The translations under genes and the position numbers were made by a program. A stretch of DNA of 64,000 bases, taken from the human T2T-CHM13v2.0 reference genome, Homo sapiens. Shown here piece after piece: positions 1 through 22,375 of this stretch (positions are counted from its first letter, which is position 1; every line of letters begins with the position of its first letter). The stretch is from the NCBI RefSeq assembly GCF_009914755.1, contig NC_060935.1; one strand, given 5' to 3'. The notes beneath the pieces are model-generated. The model was given only the letters and a program-made list of their open reading frames with translations, was not told the origin of the DNA and did no database searches.

Positions 1-767
1 AGAAGTGCTTAAAGGAGCTGATGGAGCTGAAAGCCAAGGCTCGAAAACTACGTGAAGAATGCAGAAGCCTCAGGAGCCGATGTGATCAACCGGAAGAAAG
101 GGTTTCGGTGATGGAAGATGAAACGAATGAAATGAAGCAAGAAGGGAAGTTTAGAGAACAAAGAATAAAAAGAAACAAACAAAGCCTCCAAGAAATATGG
201 GACTATGTGAAAAGACCAAATCTATGTCTGACTGGTATACCTGAAAGTGAGGGGGAGAATGGAACCAAGATGGAAAACACTCTGTAGGATATTATCCAGG
301 AGAACTTCCCCAATCTAGCAAGGCAGGCCAACATTCAGATTCAGGAAATACAGAGAACGCCACAAAGATACTCCTCGAGAAGAGCAACTCCAAGACTCAT
401 AACTGTCAGATTCACCAAAGTTGAAATGAAGGAAAAAAATGTTAAGGGCAGCCAGAGAGAAAGATTGGGTTACCACAAAGGGAAGCCCATCAGACTAACA
501 GCGGATCTCTCAGCAGAAACTCTACAAGCCAGAAGAGAGTGGGGGCCAATATTCAACATTCTTAAAGAAAAGAATTTTCAACCCAGAATTTCATATCCAG
601 CCAAACTAAGCTTCATAAGTAAAGGAGAAATAAAATACTTTACAGACAAGCAAATGCTGAGAGATTTTGTCACCACCAGGCCTGCCCTAAAAGAGCTCCT
701 GAAGGAAGCACTAAACATGGAAAGGAACAACTGGTACCAGCCACTGCAAAATCATGCCAAATTGTAA
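1..767 (+). pseudogene. L1 ORF1p remnant (coiled-coil/RRM/CTD), disrupted
   Basis: ORF track peptides SLQEIWDYVKRPNL and KGKPIRLTADLSAETLQARREW; premature TAG at 285-287 and a frameshift in the A-run near 433-439. Confidence 0.9.
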
Positions 768-815
768 AGACCATCGAGGCTAGGAAGAAACTGCATCAAC
801 TAATGAGCAAAATAA

Positions 816-4652
<3,837 letters not shown>

Positions 4653-5189
4653 ACAATGAGAACACATGGACACAGGAAGGGGAACATCACACTCTGGGGA
4701 CTGTTGTAGGGTGGGGGAAGGGGGGAGGGATAGCTTTAGGAGATATACCTAATGCTAAATGACAAGTTAATGGGTGCAGCACACCAGCATGGCACATGTA
4801 TACATATGTAACTAACCTGCACATTGTGCACATGTACCCTAAAACTTAAAGTATAATAATAATAAAATTAAAAAAAAAAGATTTCTGCTCCTCCTATTTA
4901 GGCCCATTGTATGGCTAGAAAGCTATAATGGTTGAGAACTATTAATCTTTTTTGTTGTTCTCTTTTTTCCCTTAAGATTTGCCTTAATACCAGAGCTAAA
5001 ATCTCTTACTTCTGAATATATTAGTGTATGTAAAAATTCTTCTGGTATATTATTTTTGTACCTAGTATAGCTGGTAAAATATAAAATTCCTTTAAGGTCA
5101 CAATTTGCATGAAAGAGGCAAGAGTTCTCAACAAATAGATACTGTAATTGCAATAGCTTTAAACATTAGGACTTGGAACTAAATATGTG

Positions 5190-5491
5190 TTGTGTTTTGC
5201 TTTGTTTTGTTTTTTGAGACGGAGTCCTGCTCTGTCACCCAGGCTGGAGTGCAGTGGGGCATTCTCGGCTTACTGCAAGCTCCGCCCCCCAGGTTCATGC
5301 CATTATCCTGCCTCAGTCTTTGGAGTAGCTGGGACTACCACACCCAGCTATTTTTTTTTTTTTTTTTTTTTTTAGTAGAGACGGGGTTTCGCTGTGTTAG
5401 CCGGGATGGTCTCGATCTCTTGACCTCGTGATCCGTCTGCCTTGGCCTCCCAAAGTGCTGGGATTACAGGCGTGAGCCACCACGCCTGGCC
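5190..5491 (-). mobile_element. Alu (AluY-like) with a small internal deletion
   Basis: Antisense Alu from gagacggagtc to gagccaccacgcctggcc; imperfect TSD ctaaatatgtg/ctaaatacgtg. Confidence 0.9.
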
Positions 5492-5878
5492 CTAAATACG
5501 TGGTTTTAAGTAGAATTTAGTGTGGTTGTGGTTTAAGCAGATTTTTGTGTGGTAGCTGGGTTTGTTTATGCTGGGGATTCCTGAAATGTGATCTGTGTGT
5601 TTCTAATTGGATGCTTTATGAAGAGTAGGTGCTCAGTGATAGTTGCTGAATTCATCTCACTTCCCACTTCTTTATTCTATGTTTAAACCTTGGCTCTGAT
5701 CCTTTCATTTTCTGTAGCCATTTTCTGTTTTTCTTTTTTTTCTTCAATCTCTTTCATATACTCCAACTTTTTTAAAAATAGGAGATATATTCTCTTGAAT
5801 TGTGAGCATGTGTGTTGGGGTCGGGGGAAGGCATGTAGGGAACTATGAATATGTATATGTGTAAATGGGTATAATGGG

Positions 5879-5904
5879 GTGTGTGTGTGTGTGTGTGTGT
5901 GTGT
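5879..5904. repeat. (GT)n microsatellite
   Basis: About 13 GT units read directly. Confidence 0.95.
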
Positions 5905-6384
5905 TAATGGGTTAAAAGGGCCATGTGATTCATTTATCCAATGAGACTTTATTAATAGCTCATGATTTCCAGAGGTAACTTTCTGATTAATTTAAATCTA
6001 GTTACTAGTAGTTGCCCACTTTCTAAGTATTATTTTTTTAAAAAAGTACCTTCTAAGTGGCACATATTTTCTTATTTGCAATACCATTCTGTAAGAATCA
6101 GATGCCCATTCTCTCAAACCTAGCACATCATAATCTTTGAAAATCCTAGTCCTTTGGTGAATCATAGACCTGAGGATTAATGGCATAGTGGAAAAAGCAC
6201 TGGACGAGATTAAAAGTCCTGTCTTAGATTTCTGATTGCCCACTTATTAGCTGTATGACCTCAAATAAAGGTTTATTCCTCTGAACCTAAAAATAGTTAT
6301 CTGATATGATTAAGGAGGTAACATATGGAAGGTTTTATACTGTTTCTGATGGCATGAGAAGCTCCTGAATCAGAAATCACATAG

Positions 6385-6723
<339 letters not shown>

Positions 6724-7148
6724 TACTCTATGTTTTTATTACAGCTTTCATTTTCGTAAAGTATATCTTCCCTCAAGGATGTTAGAAATGAGTGAATTCC
6801 AATGTTAACTGTCTCACATGAAGATAATTTAAAACAATGTTATATGAACAACTTATACAAGTTGCATACTCAATTGTTGTCCTAATCAAAATACAGTTGT
6901 GAAGTCTGAACATGATATCAATAATCACGTTATTTCTAACTTCTCATTGTTACGAATTGCCATTAGATGAAGCCATAGGAAGTGCTAGAATGGAAAGGAG
7001 ATGGATTAGAGAGTTCAGCTGTGAAAATGCATAGCCTCTTACCTAGTCTCCTTGCTTGTTGTCTGCTCTCCTTCAGTCTGTTCTCAACATGTCAGCCAGA
7101 ATGTGACCCTGTTTCAGTGTGTTGCATCACTCTGTTCCAGACTCTTTT

Positions 7149-7280
7149 GCCAGGCGCTGTGGCTCACACCTGTAATCTCAGTGCTTTGGGTGGCTGAGAC
7201 ATGAGGATTGCTTGAGCCTAGGAGTTTGAGACCAATCTGGGCAACATTTGAGACCCTGTTTCAAAAAAATAAAAACAAAA
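7149..7280 (+). mobile_element. Alu monomer (FLAM-like)
   Basis: gccaggcgctgtggctcacacctgtaatc...gagaccctgtttc followed by an A-rich tail; single arm. Confidence 0.8.
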
Positions 7281-7289
7281 TAGTAAACT

Positions 7290-7770
7290 CTCCAATGGCA
7301 TTCACCTTACCCCTAGTAAATGACAATCATAAAATGTTCTGCAAGGCCCTACATTATTGGTCCCATTAAGTCTCTCTCTCTTTTTTTTTTTTTTTTAACT
7401 TACTCAAGTCTAGTCTCACTGGCTTCCTTGCTAATACCATCTCTGTCCCTTTCTGAGAGTGTTTGCACTTTCTGTTCTCCCTGACCCCAGAGGGCTTTTC
7501 CTTTAGATATCCGTATACGCATTTTGTCACCTCCTTCCATCTAAAATTTCAAAATCCCCTTCTTTATACCATTATGCTCCTTCTCTGCTTTTTTTCCATT
7601 GCAGTGATCATTTAGGATACTATATATTTTGTTTATGTACTTTGTTTTTTATATGTATCTTCTCAATGGAATATAAAGTTCCACAAGGGCAGGGATTTTT
7701 GTCTTTTATTCCATAATACCTAGAATAGTGCTTGACATACAAAAAGCATTTAGTAAATATTTGTTGAATG
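7290..7770 (+). mobile_element. L2 fragment (3' end)
   Basis: Resembles an L2 tail (cctagaatagtgcttgacatac...aaatatttgttgaatg); boundaries approximate. Confidence 0.55.
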
Positions 7771-8880
7771 TTGAAGGATGTCTGAATTCTTTGCTCTGTT
7801 GTACTCCTAGGTTTTCTGAAAAATGTTCTGTGCTTCCCAAAGTAACGAAGTTTATGAGGCCTTCTTCAACTAGCACCTGTGAGATAAGGACCCTTGTAAA
7901 AATCTAGGGCTTAATGTGGTTAAGTAACAAAGTAGGTTCTTTCATCTTTGGAAACTCAGTGGGTCTAGTCAGGCCATAATTAATGAAAGATATTATAGTT
8001 TCAGTGTAATATAGACAGTAGCATATAATACCACCAGCTGGGTCAAGCATTCTTCTTCATTCTCATGGTAAGGAATGTGTGCTAGAAAGATACAGGAGGA
8101 TTCTTGCCACGAAAGAAGGTGATACATATAGTCAGGTATATCCTGGAGGAATGTCAGTATTAATAAGATTCTAAGAGATTTCTGAGCTATTTCCAAATGA
8201 GAAGTTGGCTGAAAGATGCAGGTTAGTGCTTGAGATAGTAAAATTTCTGGAATATTTTTATGAGACTGGGTAAAAGGAAACAAAATTTTAAGTTGAGATT
8301 TTTAAATGTTTTGTCTTCCAAAATATGGATTAAGATGACTAAACACATGAATCTGTTACCCCTTCTTCCTGAGAATGCATTAAAATAATAGTAAGATATG
8401 AAGTTCATTACAACAGAGAGCAGTAAGAGGAGGATGGGTATTATCACCAGCAGATAAAAGTTTTTTTTATAACATTTCTGGAAAATGAAAAATGGATGAA
8501 TATTGACAGATAAAACAAAAGTACCCAGCACAGCTGGAACCCCAGAGACTCCTGTTACCATTTGCTCCTGCTTGCTCTCCCTGTGCATACACACACCTTT
8601 ATGCAGAGTGACTAAAACCCTATGTTTACCTCCAGGCAGAAAACTCATCTCTTAGATATTGAAGGAACTGCCTGGAGAGAGTAACAGTTCCTGGAGTGGG
8701 TATTAGTAGTCTAAAGTAAATTTCTCTCATTCTAGACATCTAATAGCTGGCACCCATTATTCTAAAGCAAAACTTGCTAGGTAACAAACCCTATCCACAT
8801 TTACATAGTTCCCACTCACTCATCCCAAGGGGAGAGACTCCACAATAAAACATACATAACAGCAGAGAGATTACAACTGA

Positions 8881-9185
<305 letters not shown>

Positions 9186-10017
9186 TAAAATTCATTTTTC
9201 TATATACACAGAAAACCAAGGATCATCAGCCATGGCATTAATCAGAAGCTTGGAAAGAAAAGGCTAAGATGGAAAGAATAACTGACCACAGGGAGAATCT
9301 AGGGAATAGAGAAGCATCTAATTATTTTTTTTAAAATGTATTCTCAGAATTTGAAAAATATTGCATCCATAAAGTAAGAACAGGAAACTATAATAAAGGA
9401 ACATCAGAAAACAAGTTAGGCTCTTAGAAACTAAAAATATTACTGCAGGAAATTTTAAAAATTCAATATAAGCATTGGAAGTAGAAGTCCAGGTAGTCTG
9501 TCCCAGGACATAGACCAGGAAGATAAAAAGAGAATATAGGGAAGGAGAAGATAAGATATAGGGGACTAGGTCAAGATGTGACTAGTGGAAGTTCTAAAAA
9601 GAAGGGAGTCTTTGGATTGAAGGGGCTCACTAAGTGCCAGGAAAGTTGAATAGAGAAAAAAATTCAAACACCACACATAGCACATCATGGAAAAATTTCA
9701 GAACACCAGAGATTTTGTTTAAAAAAAAAAAGAATTCCCGAGAAGATGAAAACAATACATCTATAAAAGAACAAAAATTCAACTGTCATTGTATTTTAGC
9801 AACAATAGATGCTAGACAATACTGGAATGAAGTCTCTAAAATTCTAGGGGAATTTATTCATTTATTTATTTGTTCAAGTATTTATTGGGTGCATATTGTG
9901 GGATAGGCACTATTTAGGCATTGTTATATTAAATAAAACATGGGAAAAAATCTTGCCCCTCATCGAACTTACATTCTAGTACAGCAAGAAAATAAATACA
10001 TAAATAATGTGTGTGAG

Positions 10018-10093
10018 CAAGAGAGAGAGAGAGAGACAGAGACAGAGCAAGAGAAAGAGAGACCAAGAGAGACAGACAGAGAGAGAAAGAGAA
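10018..10093. repeat. GA-rich simple repeat
   Basis: Imperfect (GA)n/(GACA)n tract. Confidence 0.85.
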
Positions 10094-10358
10094 GATTATG
10101 ACTTAAGAGCTAGGAAATAAGTAAAATGAGAGGAGATAGGAAGTGCTGGCATAAGAGTATTATTTTCAAGTTAGAGTTCTATATTCAGCTAAGCTACCAT
10201 TTTACATGAGAGCAAAATAATGAGATTCTCAGATATGCAGTGATTTTAAACAGTCATATCTTGACCATCCTCAGAAAGTTATTTTAAAATGTATTTCAGC
10301 AGAAGAAGGGTGGTAACTAAGATAAAGGAAGATAAGGGATTATTAGAAATTTTTGAAC

Positions 10359-10721
10359 TGATACGGTTTGTCTCTGTGTCCTCACCCAAATCTCATCTCA
10401 AATTGTAATCCTCACATGTCAAGGGCAGGGCCCTGGTGTGAGGTGATTAGACCATGGGGGCAGGTTCTCCCATGCTGTTCTTATGATAGTGAGGGAGTTG
10501 TCATGAGATCTGATGGTTTAAAAGTGGTAGTCTCCCCTGTGTGTGCTCTCTCTCCCTCTCCTGCTGTCTTGTGAAGAAGGTGCCTGCCTCTCCATTGCCT
10601 TCCACTGTGACTGTAAGTTTCCTGAGGCTTCCCCACCCATGTGGAACTGTGATTCAATTAAACCTCTTTTGTTTATAAATTACCTAGTCTCAGGTAGTAT
10701 CTCTATAGCAGTGTAAACACA
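10359..10721 (+). mobile_element. MaLR solo LTR (MST family)
   Basis: tgatacggtttg...cacccaaatctcatc start; aattaaacctcttttgtttataaattacc near the end. Confidence 0.85.
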
Positions 10722-10944
10722 GAAAAGAACAAACCGAGAACAGTGTAAAAGAATCCTGAGATAACAGCTGTTCGTCAAGACTATTTCTTTACCCTATAAA
10801 AAAACAACAAAACTAGCTGCTTTGTGTTCTGTGGCACCTTATTTATCTGCTATCTCTCTACTGAATTTTTTTTTGAGTTGGGAATATTATTTTTTAAATG
10901 AACAATCTTTCTTAATCTTTTTCACTTGAAGTGCCTTCTTAGTT

Positions 10945-11305
<361 letters not shown>

Positions 11306-13415
11306 TTATGTTTTAAAAGGGGACATTTGTTCAGATTAGTCAGACTTATCCTTTGTATGATCTAAGTCCTTCTTATGTCTGAAGGGTTTTCTCTTTTTGT
11401 TCTTATTTAAGTGTTACTATTTGCTAAGATTCTGTCAGTTTGTATTAAACCCCTTCTCAGATCTTTCCAACTCAGAGGGTGAAAAGTAAGATTTATGACC
11501 AACTAATTTGTTTTGCCAAAGTATTGATGTATTTGCTGTAGAGAGAAGGATCTATAGCTAGAAAAAGCAGGTAACAAGATGCTTTAGCACAAAGTCAAAG
11601 GATGTTAGTTTATTGCAGCTCCAAATGAGCTGGGACCCTGTCTTTTTTCTCTGCTTCTAAGAGCCCGCAGTAAGAGCTGAGGCTTCATTATCTGTTTGCT
11701 TGAAATGTTTTTCTTATTTGGTTTAAGCTTGGTCTGCTGCTCTGTGTGCTACCTTCAAGTATTCTTCTAAAGTAGCATTGACATTTGCTTCCTACTTACT
11801 GCTTCATGATTCTTTCTTGCCTCCCACTCATCTTTGAGCTTGTGAGTCTACTGGGGATCAGCAGGGAACCCCTTCCACTTACTCTTCATATAGGCTTTTT
11901 CCTTCTTATGCAGTGACTTGGTTAGCTTTTCTCAATCCATTCTCATTTTCACCATGTCTTTGAAGTTTCCAGTATGGTCATTATATCTAGATTCTAATAC
12001 TGATTCAGACCTTCCCCCCTCCGCCCATTTTATATTTCTTTGGCAATTTCAAAGGGTAATTTGAATGGTGAAAGAATTCCGAACTTGCTCATTTTTTTAA
12101 AAAACTGATCTTGCTATCTGTAAGTTTATTAAGTCAGCTAGCTTCACAGGGCATTCATTGTACATTGTGTTGTATTGAGCCCAGAATCAGATTACTTCCT
12201 CCTGAACAGACAGAGCTGTTCTCATAGTTAAGTCCTTGTCACATTTGAGCATGAATTAGTCAAATCATTATTAAATGTAAATGACCCCTTAGGGAGTTTT
12301 CGAAGCTTACTCTTTCTGTTTGGTATTTATAATGTTTAGAAGTTGTATTACAGGTGGTATGAAATGCCTTTATATGGCTCATTGCAAAGTTTAAATCATA
12401 CCATTGCTTTTATAAAACCAAATAGCTTAAAAAATAATCACTTAGTGTTATGCATCTGTGCTTAAATCTAGGCTATAGCTAATTTTCACAAATAAGTAGA
12501 GCTATTCAATTAAGCTCTCAGAATATGTATCCTACCTGAGATCTCATTCCGTCCTTCTTTCTCATTACACAGTAGGCTCCATGAAAACAGGGATAGGGTT
12601 TTAATTTTTATCCCTGGCCTTTAACACAACTTGGCTGTAGAAGTTTTTTTTAATAATTACTATGCTTATTTAATAATTTAAAGAATTGCTTAATTTGTAG
12701 AGGTGGAAGAGGCTTTAGAAATTCTATACTCCACTGATTTTAAGTCTGTATTCCAAAGTCCTAGAGTACTGAGGAGGCACCTCAGGGTCTTCTGCTGGAG
12801 TGAAGTGTAGAAAAAGTGAGTAGTTCCACACCATTTGAACCAGAGGATTTGTGTTTTTATCTGTTACATAGTTCTGTTTTACTCCCAGGCCCTGTGTGAG
12901 GATGGGAATCCAGGATATGTCCATCTCAGACAGGCAGGTCTCTTACTTACCCTGGACAGTACTGCTTCCTCTTCTTTAGTCACCATCACCATTGACTCCA
13001 GAATGACTAAACAACAGAAATGTATTCTGAAACCTGCTCTAGATCCCTAATGACTTTATTCACAGAAGTTTATCTGAGAAGGTTTTCTGATTAAATGAAA
13101 TAGACCTCAAAGTATCAACTTTACATCTCTTGGGAGGCAGCACGGTGTCTGCAAAGATAAACTTTAAAGATATATAACCCTTTCACTTACTAGAGCTATG
13201 TATGTTGGAAGGAAAGGTGTATCTTAACCTCTTTGTACTTCAGTCTACTCATTTATAAAATTATCACAACCTATTTTCACAGGTACTAAAATACCTGGTA
13301 AAATGCCTAGTATATAGTAGGTATTCATTGTTTGTATACTTCCAACCTGATATTAAAGATATTAAACTTTAATATCTTTGAGGTGTCTGCCTCATTTTTC
13401 TATATTTCTTTTTAG

Positions 13416-13634
<219 letters not shown>

Positions 13635-15575
13635 TAGTGCCTGATTTAAAAAATCTTTATTGTCAGTGTTACTGATAAAATATGTTTTTTAATGTTAAGT
13701 TAGAATTATTACTACTTAGGAAGTAACAATAAATAGTTGATATAAAATAATATATATGCCTATATTTTTAAAAATAAACATTTTTATTGTTATGGTAACA
13801 TTTCCTAAAATATTATTGCTTGTTATATTTTCTTTCGACACATAAACTTATACTATTGTGACTTTATTTCACATATTTTTCACATAGAAACAAACCAGTT
13901 ATTAGAAACAAACCAGTTATTTCAAATGAGTTTAAAGAGAGATTTGACAAAGCCATGCTCAGTGTCAAGTAAGGCATTATATAAAATTAACTTTATGTGT
14001 TTCTTAAGAATCCAGTTAATTATGTCTACCTCACTGCACCTGTTATACCTTCTTTATATTAGTGATTCTTTAGCTGGCTAGTGTAGGGAAAAGGAAGCAC
14101 CCTCTTCTACTTGAGAATAATTCATTCATTCAACAAGTATTTATTGGGATTGCCCACTATGTACAGACATTGTACTAGGCCAAAGAACTCATATTCACCA
14201 GGGGATCAAGAATCACTGCCCCAGTATGACGGTGGTACTCATGGGACTATGCTTTATCCCTCAGACATTTGAGGTGAAAAAAGTTGAGAACCACTGCTTT
14301 AGATTCCCACCCTGGCTTGCAGGAAGCTGCTATTTTCTTGATGACTTTTGTGACCTAAAAGAAGCTGTACCTGCAGGGTAGAGAAACTGGTAACAAAGGA
14401 GTACTAGATTAGACCTGCTGGAAGGAGACCCTTATATATGTTGCTGTCATGACATTAATGAAATGCTTATAAAAATCAGTGAGAAGTAAGGGTACCTTTA
14501 AAATTATTTCATAGTTGTATAGTCTTATTCACTTTAATTTTTAAATAAAATTCATTTAAGTGCTTAAGTCACCTTTTATAGGTAAAAGATTATCTAACAC
14601 AATACTTTGAATGTGTATTCCTTAAAGACTTCTATTTTGAAGTCTCTCAAAAAAATGCCATATGAATGGGGCTCTAGACTTCCTATTAAGTTTCAATCAA
14701 AAGAGCTCTTCTCTCAAGTGTTTTCTATGGTGGTGTTCTACATATATATTTTGTTTTTTCTGAAAGAGTTTGGTGCCAAAAAGCAACCATCACACTGAAG
14801 TTCAAAAGCTATGATGTGGCTCATTCTTTTCATTTTTTACAAAATGAAATTTTAGTTCTTGAAAGGCTTTTTTTCAGCTAATAATTATCATTTATTTAAA
14901 TAACAATATTTAACATTTTCCGTGAACAAGGCATTTTTTCATTTATTAATCCTCATAGCAGCATGGCTAGATTGGTACTACTTTTCCTACTTCATAGATG
15001 AAGAAAGTTAGATTCGAATAGGTTAAGCAGTTTTTTCACTGTTACACACTGAATTTTTGATTCAGAATACAACTTGCTGATTCATGACATTCTGAGTCAG
15101 GATTTAAAACTATAGGGCCAGCTTCTCAGACTTGTGTTCAGTTCACTATATCATGTTGCCTTTCACAGCAAGGGCAAACTTCTCTAGCTTCTTAAGTGTT
15201 CTTTTTTGAGGTAGAAATAAGTAGTTATAATTCTTATATGATTTTTTGATATTGTGTATGTACTATACTTAATAAATACATATATATATATATATACACA
15301 CACACACATATAATTCATGATTCTTTGTGGTAATCACAAATATTGAAACCCATGGTTAGTTATATGTTTTGCTAGAAAGCATTTTTTAGAAAGGAAATTT
15401 AACCAATAGAGGTCCATATTATGGAATAAGCTGATTTTAAAAAGAACTATTTGCTGAAATTTCTTTCTGTCATTTAGACAGGAAACAGTTTTAAGATAAT
15501 TTGGTAAAAGCAAACAAAACAACAAGTTTTAAAAATGCCTTCAGAACCTAAAATGATGTTGTTTTTCCAAAATAG

Positions 15576-15743
<168 letters not shown>

Positions 15744-15989
15744 TGAAACCTGAGCTTGGTGGGATTTTTAAGAGCTGTCATGAGAAGACACTACTCTTTG
15801 GGTTTTGGATAGCTTTATTAAGTGTTTGAAATCTGAGTTGCTTTGACTGGGAAGGGTTAAAAATTGTTGCATTTGCTTTGGTTCTTAGTATTTTCTGTGT
15901 TCTGTTTGCCTTTGCTGTTAAAATTTTAAAAAATAACTTATTCCCTATCTTGACTGAGCTGAATATACTCATGAGTCTACAGGTAAGGC

Positions 15990-16670
15990 TGTTAGCAGCC
16001 GCAAATCCGAGTTTGCAGCAACCTCAATTCTTGCCCCCTCAGAAGAAAGAATTCAACTGAGGGGCATAAGGCAGAGGGAGAGACTGAACCAAGTTTTAGA
16101 TCAGAAGTGAAAGTTTATTTAAAAGCTTTAGAGCAAGAATGAAAGGAAGTAAAGTACACTTGGAAGAAGGCCAGGCGGGCAACCTAAGAGATCAAGTGCA
16201 TGGTTTGACCTTTGACTTGGAGTCTTATACATTGGCATGCTTCCAGGGTTGTGTTACTTCTCCCAATTCATCCTTTGAGGTGGCTGTCACATGTGCAGTG
16301 ACCTGCCAGCACTTGGGAGGGGCCACATACACAGTGTGTTTACTGAAATTGTACTCATGCTCACTTGAGGCATTTTTCCCTTACCAGCCCAGTGTTCATG
16401 GAAGAAGGTCATATACCAATTAAACTCCACCATTTTGCCTCTTAGTGCACATGCTTGAGCCCACTCACCCACCTCCTGAGATCTTACCAGGAAGCTGCTG
16501 ATCACCAGTTTCTGTTGGGTGACTGCCTTTCCCTGGTGCCAGCTGTGACCAATTATTATTTTAGAGAGACAGCTTAACCTATCACCTGATGGTCACCTGA
16601 CATTTCTGATGGGGTTGGGGGTGGGCCCTCTCCTGCTCTGCCCATGTCTGCCTGACTACTTTCTATAACA
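15990..16670 (-). mobile_element. ERV1 solo LTR (MER50-like)
   Basis: TG...CA termini; the reverse strand begins tgttatagaaagtagtcaggcagacatgggcagagcaggagagggccc. Confidence 0.8.
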
Positions 16671-16932
16671 AGTCTAGACTACATTATGATTCCAAGGTCT
16701 CTTTCAACCCTGAGATTCTGTAACCTAGAAGAATTTATTTCCAGATGAAGTGGTTTTTAAGTTATTCAGGGTGTGCTCAGAATATATTTAAAGAATATCA
16801 ATCCATTTTCAATTCTGCTATAAAAAGACTAACTCCCTGCAGTAGGAACATCAACTGGGAAGAAATCCGGACAGAGGGCTACAAAATGGAGAGAATAGAC
16901 ACTTAGTGGTTCTCAAGGATTCAAAGATATAA

Positions 16933-17241
<309 letters not shown>

Positions 17242-17256
17242 TGTTCTTAAATCTTT

Positions 17257-19606
<2,350 letters not shown>

Positions 19607-20319
19607 TGAATCTGCCATTTTTTGGGGTCCCGTTTTGAGGCTTCCTACAATGTAGGAGTGCACTGATTTCCTGACATGCCTAACATTTTGTTATCTCCAA
19701 AATAGCAACTACACCTTTTTGGCTTTGGAATTACATTCCTTAGGAATCCTTGTTGGCCCTAATTATCAGGAAAGGTCAACATATCTACTAGGTGAGGGCT
19801 TTCTTAACATGAGTGGAAAGTGGGAGTAATTGAGCCTATATAACCATGCACCTGGTATACTTTGTTACTTCCAGATTGTATTGAAAATGTGCAATGTTTT
19901 ACACCCACCAGCTAAACATCCCAACACAATAATGTATACTCTGCTGTTTATAAGTTACAAAATGCCGTACTGTATAATCATGGAAAGATTATTAATATTT
20001 TACTATTATCTATTTAAATTATATTTAATTTCGGGTAGTAAATGGCTATATTTACCTAATTTGTAAGATTATACTATGCAGTTTGCATATTCTCATTCTC
20101 AGTGATAATTGAAACTTGCTTTAGAGCTCGCCCATGGATCTCATGTTTACAAAAGAGGAATTTTATGCTAGGGAAAATGTTATCTTTATATTATATGTAC
20201 AAATGGGTAATAAAAAATAATAGTGTATGTAAATTTTAGAAAATTCACTAGTTCAGTGAGAGAACATTAGAAATATTCATTTAGGTCCCGCATATCATTT
20301 TAAAAGCATATAGAATTAA

Positions 20320-20560
20320 TACTTATTAAGCAAACCTGGAAGCCATGCCTGAGGTTGAATCCTGGCTTCTCTTCCTTATCTCCAATACGACCTTGGTTGG
20401 GTAAGTTACTTAACCTCTCTGTGCCAGTTTCCTCATTGATAAAATAGGAATGATGGTACCTACCTCATAAGGTTTCTGTGAGGATTAAATGAACTAATAT
20501 ATGTAGACTTCTTAGAATAGTTTCTGATACATAAGTGCTCAATAAATGTTAACTATTATA
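20320..20560 (+). mobile_element. MIR
   Basis: MIR core aagttacttaacctctctgtgccagtttcctcat...aataggaatgat...gtgaggattaaatga. Confidence 0.75.
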
Positions 20561-21867
20561 ATTTCATATATATCACTAAAAACAATATGTTATCTCAGAG
20601 AGTTTCACTTAATCTAAGTGTCATTATTCAATATCAAAGCAGGAAAATGTCATCTGATATCCTCCCACTTATGAAAGTTTTAATCATCCCTCATCAGAAC
20701 TAAACTTCTTTCTCATTCTGGTTATGCTATTAAACTTTCTTCAGATATTGATGTAAAATTCTAACCATGCCCAACTTTTTTTTTATTATACTAATTATAC
20801 TGTCTTTAGATGCCTACAGCCATTTAACTGCCATGGACTTAGAAAAGCCAAACTCCTGGGTTATATCTGTGAAATTACAGAGTCCTATAGATAAACCCAA
20901 CTGTTTTTGGAAAAATATCAATTGTTTTCTTCCTCATAGACAATAATCTCGTAAAAGATTTCTAATCATGGGACAGTTAATCACGGGGACAGTTTCTGGT
21001 TGTTTCCTCAGAGTTATGTTGGCTCATTACAGAACAGACACTCCTTACCTGCAGAATTTGTACATTGTGGGGAGTAATTTATCCCAAACCAGTTCAGACA
21101 CTAGGACTAAAATGTTAATAGTACCATTTGGAGAATGCTCAGTACTTGCTAAACACTTTATATTAATATTTCCTTTAACCTCATCATAGCATCCCTATTA
21201 GGTAGATTATTATTCAGATTTTACACACAGTGCATTTGTACATAGAGCTTGCCCAACACCACACAGGTAGTAGTCTGATCTCAAATTAAGCCCTAGAAGC
21301 CACAGTGGGAGAGTACCAGAAGGCAGGCCGTTGGGGATCTAGCCCCAGGATCCTCACCTCAATCGTGGTAGCTCTACTTTATTTGTTTTTCATATTAGGT
21401 TTTCTGATTTTGAATCATTAGAGAGTTCTGCTGTTAAAAAAAAAAAAAAAGGGGGTGGAGGTAGTGTTATTGAAAAGCACTTGCAAAATTCAGCTCTGTA
21501 CATTTGAGATATAACTACAACAAAAATGTTTCTATTATGCTTTTGCCCCTAGATAAAGAGAATCCATAATTGACACTATGGAATTTTGCAGTTTGTCAGT
21601 AAAATATCTGATACTTATTTTAATAGATCTGTATGTTTCTTATTAACTGAGTATCAGCCATATTGGTTGATGTGAACAGAATGTGAGAATAAAGTTTTGT
21701 TTAGGATTTCTCAATGTTAAATTCTTACAGTTGAAATGATAGATTGATGCTTATTCATAAAAAATATTTTGATATAGATTGTTTATTTTAAAAAAACTCA
21801 AGATAATTTTAACAGCAAAGCTCAGTGGTGGTTCTTTCACCAGTTAAAAATGTACTTTTCTTTTTAA

Positions 21868-22149
<282 letters not shown>

Positions 22150-22166
22150 TAATTTATTTAATGTTA

Positions 22167-22375
22167 TAGGTTGAGTATTCCAAGTCTGAAAATCTGAAAT
22201 ATGAAATGCTCCAAAATCCAAAATTTTTTGAGTGCCAGCATGGTGCTCAAAGGAAATATTCATTGGGACACTTGGATTTCAGATTTTTCAATTAGGGGTG
22301 CTAAATATAATGCAAATATTCCAAAATCAGAAACCCCTCTGGTCTCAAGCATTTTGAATAGGGATATTCAACCTT
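22167..22375. mobile_element. TcMar-Tigger MITE (MER46/Tigger4-like)
   Basis: Terminal inverted repeats aggttgagtattc...gatattcaacct with TA flanks. Confidence 0.75.

Noticed and set aside
5187-5431. Alu-derived ORFs (also near 8940, 11013, 16996, 23202, 44317)
   Set aside because: Typical translations of Alu sequence with no exon evidence.
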